A DNA stretch of 35,394 nt from Catajapyx aquilonaris (Eukaryota). Location: the NCBI GenBank assembly GCA_000934665.2, contig JYFJ02004044.1, forward strand, positions 1 to 35,394, read 5' to 3'. The notes below the pieces were generated by a model. The model had not been told where the DNA came from, made no database searches, and saw only the letters and a program-made list of their open reading frames with translations. The translations under genes were made by a program, and so were the position numbers. Positions 13,074 to 22,859 of the stretch are shown in pieces; position 1 is the stretch's first letter, and each line of letters opens with the position of its first letter.

Positions 13074-14096
13074 ATACCCATAAATAATTCAAGTATTTAA
13101 ATGTACTGCAGTGCCGGCAGTTCCATTCGAAATATCCGTGACATTGAATAAACATTCCAATTTTGCGAAAAAATTTTACAGAAAAATATCCTACACTTAC
13201 CTTTAAGCAGACCCAAAGTTATAGACGATTTTCTGTAAAATACTCGCAGGCACTACAGAAGCCATTTTCCCAGTTGGAGTAAGCCAATAGAAAGTTTTCC
13301 CTTGGTGCCAAAAGGCTCCTTCATGAGTTGCAATATTAACCCCTAGAAGGAAAGTCAGGAGGGGTTCTTGTCTCCCAAGACACGCAAAAATGAGTCTCTT
13401 TCTTTGCTCAATATGAGATGGAGAAGCTTGAAGCGAGAGTCAACATGACTGTTTGAGCACCAAGTGTCTGCACTGTTTACTATTCCCTCGTAATGTCTGG
13501 AAATTAGCTCCCGAGGGCACAGAAAAGGCCCTTTGACTGCCTTTTGCCTTGTGAGGTCCAAAATACGTGGTCTAACGATAGCCTCTTCAGTGCAATATTT
13601 TTTTCATATTTCATAACAAATATTTAAAAATTCACACATTGTTAAGGTTGATAATTTATCTTTTATTGCAAATATCTCAAATTACACTCACATCATGTAC
13701 AATAGTTAAATTTCCACATATTCACATTTTGTATACAAGGGTGACGTTCACACTAAACATTGAATACCCATACAGGTGTTTGTTGTCACAGGTTGATCCT
13801 GGCACTCGCCTATTCAGGACTAGAAAGACCATCATCGGCTGAATTAGTGATTGACTAGTTTATAATTCTGCCTGACAATAGCTGTATTGCACCGCCAAAA
13901 TGTAAACAGATTGCCAATTAAACGCTCACTAACCGAGAGGCAAATAGGCGGGCTTTTCTCATTGGTTTATCGTAAGTGGCTTAACGATCTGTTACACCAA
14001 ATGGTACTTGAACACCTTTTGGTTGAGGGGGGGCTATAACATCGACAGTGACAGAGACCAATTTATAAGCATGTAGTACATTTAAAAATATACATA

Positions 14097-14102
14097 TTTA
14101 TT
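14097..14102 (-). promoter_or_regulatory. Candidate polyadenylation signal AATAAA of the LHFPL7-like gene
   Basis: TTTATT on the plus strand about 740 nt past the stop codon. It is the first canonical hexamer I noticed downstream of the stop. Confidence 0.35.
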
Positions 14103-14842
14103 TCCAGTAATTTTACTTGTTGTTAATTCGTATGCCGTTTTTTTTGTATTGTCGCAGTTGCGTTGTGGACCAATTTTGTTTTCAAAATTGGTCCATAATT
14201 TTATGGAATGAATCAACATTTGAGATACTGCATTATTCAAGGTTTTGTTTAAAAAGCAAATGATTTCAATTAATTTAGATATTGAAATTGTAGCAATTGT
14301 ATCGGGCTAAAAATTAGGTTGCATATCTCCAATGTTCGTTCATCCTACACAGTTTCCATAACCAAAAAATGACAGACTGTAAGTGAGAATATGACTGATC
14401 TGAACCATAAATAACGTCAACTACTAAGTATACACCTCTCAGAAATTCGAGTAAAAATTCGTAATAGAAATAGAAGCACACGTAATATCGGCAATCCCAA
14501 CTTTACTATTGTTCAAGTTACATCATGATGTGCAAGAAGCCCCATAAGATCACAGGCGCGTTGTCCCAGAGTTTTGTTATTAATTTCGCGTGGGATTGCA
14601 GCTACTTCCGGTGCTTTGAAGCGCGAAGCGGTCATGGTGGTGAACTCGGCAGCTTCGTTAAGGACATTAATGAGGCGTCGAGGCCATCGTCACATTGGTC
14701 TCTATGGGCAAAGGGGGGGATGATTATAGTCGGTTGTCTCAATTGGAAGTTTTCCCATTTCCGGGCCTGAAAACCCTGAGAAGAATCGTGATTCTGAGGG
14801 TGAAAAAGTCGGCGCCTCGATGTACTTGTCGATGTCACTGTA

Positions 14843-15078
14843 TCACATGTAGTTGAGATTGGAAAGTGCTTCGGGATGCAAAGCCGACGAGAAGGTGAAT
14901 CTTGCCAGTACCGGACAATACAGTCCAATCAGTGCGGTAACTAGGGTCAGCATCAGTGCCCAACCTAGCTCGCATGATCCGGACCAAAATGGTGCCGTCG
15001 CATCTCCGCAATGGTGACGCGCGAAACCTGAGCCTAGGCCCAGCGGGAACAGCAGGACACCCAACAGCAAGCTCAGCA
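14843..15078 (-). CDS. LHFPL7: LHFPL7-like coding exon 3 (236 nt, VLSLLLGVLLFPLG...LNYM*)
   Basis: Acceptor ATTATTGCAG|TG completes a GTG codon. Contains FPLGL, HCG and CELGWA motifs and TM4. TGA ends at 14843. Confidence 0.88.
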
Positions 15079-18000
15079 CTGCAATAATACCAACAATTGT
15101 CATTTTAAAAAATAAGAACAATAAGGAAGCTTCTAGTCTGAAATTTACTAAAAGAACTCTAAAGAACGCCAGAATTCTCCGGCTTAAGAATTCTGGCGTT
15201 CTTCCCAGCTCAGATTATTATGAGCATTATTTGAGCCAGCACGCTTTGAAAAGAGGCCTAGTTTCTTAGCAAAGGTCGGGGATTCGAGGGCATAAATATC
15301 CTCGAGAGAGGAATAAATTTCTTAGCCGGCTGCGTAACTGGAAAATGGTGCTTTGCACGCAGACAGCTCAGAATGACGGAGCGAGCCCTTTCTTGTAAGC
15401 ACAAATCGTCTTTAGAATGCAAATGAGCCTTCGCCCCGTATGGCCTTGCCGGATTTTGGGAGACTCATAATGCCTGTCGCTCGACTGTCTTGCTTAGAGT
15501 ACAAAAGGAGGGCGTTTATAACAGGGGCGGCTGCCATTTGTGTCGGGTGTGATGTTGTTGCATTTACACGCCAGAGTGACAGGGATGTGTTTGAGAGATA
15601 AGAGAAGCTGACCTGCTGCGCCCTGGACGTGACCTGTGAGGAGGGCCACGCGTCGACGCCATTCTGTGGTTGGTAGGGTCAACACTAGGAGTGCCAGGAT
15701 TGCACTGATGTTCAGAACCAGACAAGCGCTTCCTCCTAGGACGCATACCACCTGAAATAATATTATAGACACTATGTATAATTCAGCTGGTTTGACAGAC
15801 ATGTTAAATGCATCATTTTGATCTAAATTTAGTTAGATATTGTGCGATATAATCCTGAATATGGCTTCGTAAAGAAATGACAGCTCCCTAGAGACATTAT
15901 TGGAAAAACCCATCCCATATGAGGTAATGAAATATTCACACGTCACTGATATCAGGAAATCACAAACGTTCTACATTTGTCATCGAATATACCCCGTTTT
16001 ATCTTCCATATGTCGAATTCTGTAATTGAAGCCAAACAGACAAACAGATCAGCAATATTACGCAGGGAACCGGTTGCAATGTAAGTAGGCGTCTCGTTAC
16101 GATCAGTCAGACAGACAGAATATAACCTACAGTATACATGAAAGGCTTCGAACACTGTACACCATCTAATAATGTTCACAATCCTCAGCAAAACTAGGTC
16201 CAATTGTATAGGAATCGTGAGTCCTAAATTCTAGGTTCCCTCCTATTTTTTTGTCGACATGCACGCATTACTTTTGCACGAATATAACTGACATCACGAT
16301 GAAGTCGTTACGTTTCTCAACTCCCCTGTCAACGAGCGGATCCCCAAAACGTTGGCAAAGAAGATCTGGTAATTGATTGTCCCTGGGTACAGTTTGTAAA
16401 TCCCTGCTTCCACTCCCCCGCCCTGAAGTCGGCGGCACAAAAGTGCTTCCGTTCCCCGCCAGAGAGTTCGTAATGAACCCTGATAATTGAATGAGAGGTT
16501 TATGAACTCGTAAGTTTCGCCAGTGAATCAAGCGTCTGAGGCCACAAGTTTTGTGCAGTAAGAGTGCGCCCCTAAGTTGGCACGTGGAATGTAACTCTGG
16601 GATATTTCTGTCCAAAAGGGCTAATGTCTAGGAGTGTAAAAAAAACGGAGTAATTAGCATGGTAGACGAATATAACAATGGTGGCTGATGGGTGTTGTGT
16701 TTCATGCACAAATTGTTTTAACTGCAGCGATTCAGTCAGTTCTCACTCCCATTTGCAAAATGATGGCGCTTTTACTTGGTAATTGCCAAATGATAAGCTG
16801 CGGCCATCATTCATATGTGTTCACAGTATTTAGGGGGGAACATGCGAATAATTTTTCGCCTCAACATTAGGATTTGACAGAATTCTCTGCTGTGAGATAT
16901 ACCGTATGATGCATGATATTTGTGTGATTATTTTCACAAATAATGATGGCAATTTCAAATTAGTTGGTCACTTAATGTGTCTAATCCACTACAAATAATA
17001 GAAACTTATTTCACATAATTTTCTACTAATATAGTGAAATGTAATAAGGAGAACTTACTTAGAGCTGAGTGTACTGATATGGACTGAGCCATTTCCAAAA
17101 TGGAGACAAATATGGTACTATTCGCGACATCCCGTGTTAATACTCCAGGCACATTACTACCTCTGCTCATCAACTCAACGGCTCTAAGGCCAAAGAGCGT
17201 CGGATTTGAGACGCAAACTCTTGATTATAATGGCCGCAGCTAACGCCCGTCCCGCCCTTAGAATTTCCCTAAAGGACCACTGAACAACTTGTCCCGTCGG
17301 TCATTTCCATTCGTCCAATTAAGAATGTTGTGGCCAAATGCGTGGCACTTTGACCTACTTGTGCTCACCAATAATTGACTCGTTTAGAATCTGAAGTGCA
17401 TTTTCTCCAGGTGTACACGAATGGCTTGACGTGTTCATGCAAACCAGCCGATAGACCACCATTAGCGTGCTGATGGACTCTTTTAAGGCCGGTGGATTCC
17501 GCCCCCGCATTGGGGTCTCAATGCGTGCCGAAACCCTAAAGAAAATAGCGGTTCCCGATCAGATCTGGAGATACGTTGAGCAAACACAAACCACCCACTT
17601 CCATGCTACCACCCTTGGCCACATTTTGCTGGATGGATTCGATTGGGGAAGTCAGACCAAGTGGAAAAAGTCACAATGGGGAAAACCACAATCATTACGA
17701 TTAATATCTACCTGCGCTCTCCAAGTTTCAGCTCGTGTGCATAGCTCTAGGGAATGGTCATCAGTCCGTGCAGACTGCATTGTATATAACTCTGGCCATT
17801 TGCAATCAGTGGGATATGACTCGGAGCTGGGAACCAACCAGGCGTAACTTTCCCGGCCAGTGTGATTGTCACATTGCCAAGCTTCAGGGCCTAGGTGCTG
17901 AGCCGTTAGAATCCGTTAAAACCGTTAGAAACATGTCCTAGCACTTTTTCTTCAGAAACTTTCAGAAAATAACAACAGACAGAATCGATTGATGCTGAAG

Positions 18001-19194
18001 AAGATGGGGGTTTACAACAATGAGCTCACTTCTAGTCAATTAGGGTGCGAGCACGGGGTTCGCGTGACTCCCAAAAAGAACCAGCCCCGAGCTAAGTGCC
18101 GGGACCAATAATGTGTTCCCGAACCGCTACCGCAGCCATTAATATTGCACAAACGAGATAAAACTTTTGGGGATTGAGAGAGGAGTACTAGTTTTATCTG
18201 GTTAATCAGCGGGTTAGGCGGTACCCGCTCGCGCCCGCCAATACTGGATTAAAATTCGCTAGGGCAGGCACTTCAATCTTTTTACCCCTCCACCCCTATA
18301 CACTCAACCCTGGATTTTGGTCGATATATGCACTCGGATAGCATGGTTAATGCAGAATAAACCTGTCTGGTACAAAACGCGTTGGACGTGACAGACATCT
18401 TTTGCGCAACAAGTGTCGGGATTACTCAGGTCTAACAGGTAAAGTCACAATAGAACGATCAAGATCAACGGATTTAACAGTTAGCTGGACGGTTAAAACC
18501 ATTAACGGTCAGTTGGACGGTTAAAACCGTTAACGGTTAGCTGGACGGTTAAAACCGGTAACGGTCAGCTGGACGGTTAAAACCGTTAACGGGTACTGGA
18601 ACATCACCTGAAAATCGCGTTTCAGCAGACACCATTGCTTTCTACGTATTTGTTGAGACTACTGTACATCCCCTGCAGTCCCATACATTGCTACACTAAA
18701 GAAATACACTGGTTCTGACAGGACGAATCCTTTTTTACGAGAGTAAGATGGGGAGCGACATCCTTCAAGAAAAGTGGTGTAGACAACCAAAGAGCTGAGG
18801 ATTATGGGATCGGATGCGATTCCCGTACTGTCACTTATGGGCGCTGACACACCCTCAGCGGTTGGAGAAAGGGTCTAACCGCTGTCACCTCCAATTATTT
18901 CACTGCATGCAAATTGGGTACACTAACCGGCCAAATTGCGGAGGGTGCATGGAACCTGTCCTCTTCATACAGCAAGCAGTTGAAGGATGCAGGTCCGTCT
19001 CTGAAGCAGAAACCGAATGTTCCAAACTGCAAGATGGTCACGTATGATCCTGTTGCGTGTAGATAGTCCCTCCGGATGAACCAAGCTGGCTGCAAGAAGC
19101 TGAAGCTGGCCACTGCTGCTACTGCCACTGACAATGCGGCCCAGAGGATGCTGACAGCCCACGAGGTCTTTGTCTTCACCACACACACTTTCAT
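14843..19194 (-). CDS. LHFPL7: LHFPL tetraspan family protein, LHFPL7/TMEM211-like; spliced CDS join(19194..18928,15751..15613,15078..14843), 642 nt, 213 aa
   Basis: Three hydrophobic ORF fragments join in frame through canonical GT-AG introns (3176 nt, phase 0; 534 nt, phase 1). The product has four predicted TM segments and LHFPL motifs: SFLQPAWF, FGTFGFC...C..Y, PSAIW, VQGAA, GVLLFPLGLGSGF, HCG...GSCELGWA. The subfamily call rests on recalled similarity to TMEM211, so the family is more certain than the symbol. Confidence 0.88.
15613..15751 (-). CDS. LHFPL7: LHFPL7-like coding exon 2 (139 nt, VVCVLGGSAC...HVQGAA)
   Basis: Acceptor TTATTTCAG|GTG, donor CAG|GTCAGC. Encodes TM2 and the start of TM3. 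Enters in phase 0 and exits in phase 1, matching both neighbours. Confidence 0.87.
18481..18592. repeat. Minisatellite, 4 x 28 bp (TYAGCTGGACGGTTAAAACCGTTAACGG)
   Basis: Four tandem copies start at 18481, 18509, 18537 and 18565, inside the first coding-region intron of the LHFPL7-like gene. Confidence 0.95.
18928..19194 (-). CDS. LHFPL7: LHFPL7-like coding exon 1 (89 codons, MKVCVVKTKT...APSAIWP)
   Basis: ATG at 19194. Encodes TM1, the PAWF motif and a Cys-containing first loop. Donor CCG|GTTAGT at 18928/18927. Confidence 0.88.
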
Positions 19195-19304
19195 GGGGAC
19201 CCCGACCCCGGAGGCATCCTTAACCCATCACCTCCCGCACTCACGTCCATCGCCAGAGGTTGCATCGATCATTTTCTTCAGACCGACACTCACATGATGG
19301 ACGC
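19195..19304 (-). other. Putative 5' UTR part of the ATG-containing exon
   Basis: Good acceptor TTCTCTCTTTCCACGGACTCCAG|GCG at 19305/19304, which implies at least one upstream non-coding exon. An in-frame TGA lies upstream of the main ATG. Confidence 0.55.
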
Positions 19305-20839
19305 CTGGAGTCCGTGGAAAGAGAGAACGCATTAAGTGGAAATCGATGCCCATTTCTGCTGTACAAAAATGATATAGGCTGTTTTCAGTATACAGGGTAG
19401 AACAAAAGGCAGAATCTGTGAGGGTATTGGGTAGAAAATCTTGTTAGGGACAGTCTAGTTGGACACGCCATCAGGCAATATAATCAGAGTAGGAAATTGA
19501 CCCACAGGGGAGTTGAAGGGACAACATCCACTTGCGAAGCCCATTATTTGAACATCAAGCTCTGTCTGGTGTGGTAGACATCCTGAGGACCACCTGTAAC
19601 CCAACAACGTGGATCGGAACTCTTTTAATAGGCCCGCCACTGTCATGTAGATAATGAGGAATGAAAGTACGTTCTTGAAATACTTGTACGAAAATTATTG
19701 GCTTATAACTCGCGAAAATTTGGACGGCGATTTATCACTGTAATGATATTACTTGCATTTTTTGACTTGAACTTTCGCAAATTTCGCGTGGTATTTTCTG
19801 AATATTTTAAACGTATTGCTGAATCCATTCAGGCTACAACATAGTGACTGATAGTGATTCTATGAAATTTAAAGAGCCTGTGTCAAAAATTTTCATAGTT
19901 GCATATTTCGAATTGTACTTTAGATAATGAAGTAAATTTAATTTGAGATTACAACGCAAAATTGATATTTAAATGCTACAAATATTTTTCAAATGGCACA
20001 CCCATAATTTAGCCACCAAGCACACCTGACACGTACTGTATAACTAAATAACCGGCTAACCACCGCTTTGTAACAGTTAAATGTATAATAGTTCAGACCA
20101 CAACAAAATTTCGCTTCACATTACTATACCTTGCTGCTGTCGATCTGACATTAAATTACATGCCAAATAGTAAACACCCTTTCACATTTACACCACCACA
20201 ACAAACACACATGAACTGACACATACACAACAGAGGACACCCCCGATGCGACGCAGGCCACAGCCAGCCAGAGACTGAATGGAACTCGCATTGCGCCGGC
20301 ACCTTTCTTCTCTTCCCAGCCCATGCGCCCTAACAACCTATCCCCATTTCTCACTTATGACTAACCCACGGGTTCATAGCAGCAATTTTTCCGGTGGTAC
20401 CCACATTTATTGCTCTCAATATCTGGTTTAGCAAGAATGCATTTGATGTCAGTCTACATTAGAAAAAAAAAAAAATGGGATCGTCAGACTGCCATCAAAA
20501 AACCACAAAGAGCAGCAGAGAATAGGCCGCAATTGACGCGTCCATGCCCTTTGACCACATCAGGGCAGTGCCTGCAGGGAATCGATAGTGCAATTTGGGA
20601 GACCTTTTTTACTACTGGATGTGGAGGATGGCTTGAAATGAGGGTGGAAAGGACCGAATTTGCCTTGATTCTGGCTGACGAAGATTGATATGCGGATAAG
20701 ACCTAGGGATTAAGGACAGAAATGAGAGATGGACTTAGGGAAGGGTTGGAGGTCTTGGTTTCATTCATCCTAGTGTGGGACAAGTTTAGACTAAATGTAT
20801 GCCGCATCCGTGTTTTGATGTATTTTAGGCAAAACATAT

Positions 20840-20890
20840 GTAGAGCATACGTAGAGCATAGGTAGAGCATAGGTAGAGCATAGGTAGAGC
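20840..20890. repeat. Minisatellite, about 4.6 x 11 bp (GTAGAGCATAG)
   Basis: Direct tandem copies are visible. Confidence 0.92.
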
Positions 20891-22388
20891 TGGTGCATTT
20901 TTATTACAACTTTTCATTTATAGATTCTTAATATAACCTCATCTGCAGTAACACGCGTGTGCGTCTTCCTTGCCTTATTGGTGAGTCTGGTCGGAGCTGA
21001 GGTCGAGTTTCAGCCAGCGCGTGACCGCCGTGTAAATGTAATGGACTTGAAACCCAAGAGCAATGGAATTTGGAGGCGCCTCTTGACGTGTATGCAGCAG
21101 ACACCGTGTCGAAACTTGTACCCCCTTTCAGAGAATGAATGACCGGAAAACTAGCCTCACCATTTGGTTAATTACACCCATTGTCTTTCATTCAATCGCA
21201 GTTAATGATGTATACAGTTACAAAAAAAAATACTGGCCACTCACTATGGTGTCAAGGTAAATGAAAGTATGTTTTAAAAATTGCTAATAGCGGGACACAA
21301 TTTTAAATATCAAGTTTTGGTACTCTTAAGATTTTGAAAGTGGGTTCGGTAGATGGGACAAACAAATATATGTACAAATTACCTGTAAAAAGTATAAAAT
21401 AATATATAAAAATATAAATGTCTAAAAATAAACGAACAAAATTATCAAAATAAATAAGTAAAATATCAAAATATCAATATAAATATGTAAATGTTTATGT
21501 ACGAAATATTTGTATAATTTAAAATTTTCAAATAGCAATTTCACTATTTTTAAATATATCAGAGCTATAACCAGAAACATGGTCTTTTTACCACCAGAAA
21601 TTCCCGGAATCAGTGACAAATCTGTGGTTTCCAAGCTGTCTGGCACCGGTGATAAAGGTAACGGATTCCAGTCCGTCGCCAATAATTCTTTCCCCCCTCT
21701 ACGTAAACACCCCCTATGGCGCACACAAAAACCGTATGCTAAGAAGGGTGTATAAATCCGGTTGGGTGCGCATCCAACCTCGTAAGATGCAGAAAAGAGC
21801 GTGGGTTTCAGTTTCCGGGATTGAAGCCAACTTGGTTCCTGCTGAGACACGGTGACAAATGCCATCGGGATAAGATGAGACACGTGAACCAGTCCAGCAA
21901 AAGATTTTCTTATTTTTTCAGCCTTTTTCCAATATTTCGCCAGATGAGAAAAGTTCTGCCCCTGCTGAGTAGGTGACACGTCGGATATTCCTGACACTTT
22001 GGTTGTCTCATGTCAGGATGACATCAAGGCACATCAAGGTCATTTATATGCCAAACTGTACCCGATTTTTCGGTCATCTGCACCACTGTCGCTCAACTGA
22101 TGAAACTTGGATGATTTTAGGTCCTTGGGTGATTGTTCCCTTGGCCAATCGCCCGTCCTGAATTTTTCACTCGGACGGGTTGGGCTTCTCTTTTCTTCCA
22201 CTCTGCTGCCTGAACAACTCCAGACCGACATGGACCCATACAAAAAGAATTCAGCGACGCCAGTATACCGGATCAGGAATCAGAACCGGGCTCATTCCTC
22301 GCAGCCAATTTCGGCTCTGAGATTGGTGTTCAGAAATTTTTTTGTGGCACGAGCTGACAGAGTTGATGGCATCAAATGCAAGAGACAT

Positions 22389-22859
22389 TATAAGCAAAAA
22401 GTTTGGTCTACGTTAAAATTCTGACCTAGTGTCCTATACGAGGATATACATACAGTATACGTGTCCTATACGAGGATATACATACAGTATACGTGTCCTA
22501 TACGAGGATATACAGTATACTTGTCCTATACGAGGATATATTATATCCTCGTATAGGACAAGTATACTGTATATCCTCGTATAGGACACGTATACTGTAT
22601 GTATATCCTCGTATAGGACACTAGGTCAGAATTTTCGTATATATCCTCGTATAGGACACGTATACTGTATGTATATCCTCGTATAGGACACGTATACTGT
22701 ATGTATATCCTCGTATAGGACACGTATACTGTATGTATATCCTCGTATAGGACACGTATACTGTATGTATATCCTCGTATAGGACACGTATACTGTATGT
22801 ATATCCTCGTATAGGACACTAGGTCAGAATTTTAACGTAGACCAAACTTTTTGCTTATA
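22389..22859. mobile_element. Foldback/MITE-like element, 471 bp, with 40-bp unique perfect TIRs and internal inverted arrays of a 32-bp unit
   Basis: 22389-22428 is the exact reverse complement of 22820-22859. The interior holds 13 copies of the core of GTGTCCTATACGAGGATATACATACAGTATAC (4 forward, 9 reverse). The right end abuts a (TA)n tract. Confidence 0.8.

Noticed and set aside
13173..13241. 13-bp AT-rich inverted repeat overlapping a possible 32-nt minus-strand exon
   Set aside because: Low complexity, no connecting gene model, and it lies beyond the candidate poly(A) signal.
21422..21997. 191-aa minus-strand ORF with a hydrophobic tail, and a hAT-like end CAGGGGCAGAAC near 21964
   Set aside because: The tail derives from AT-rich low-complexity DNA. 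No matching second TIR or 8-bp TSD was found.
22429..22819. CRISPR array (32-bp repeats with internal dyads)
   Set aside because: The units are contiguous with no unique spacers, the orientation flips, there are no cas genes and the context is eukaryotic.
22541..22819. 92-aa repetitive ORF (SYTRIYIQYTCPIRGY...)
   Set aside because: It is a translation of the 32-bp tandem array.
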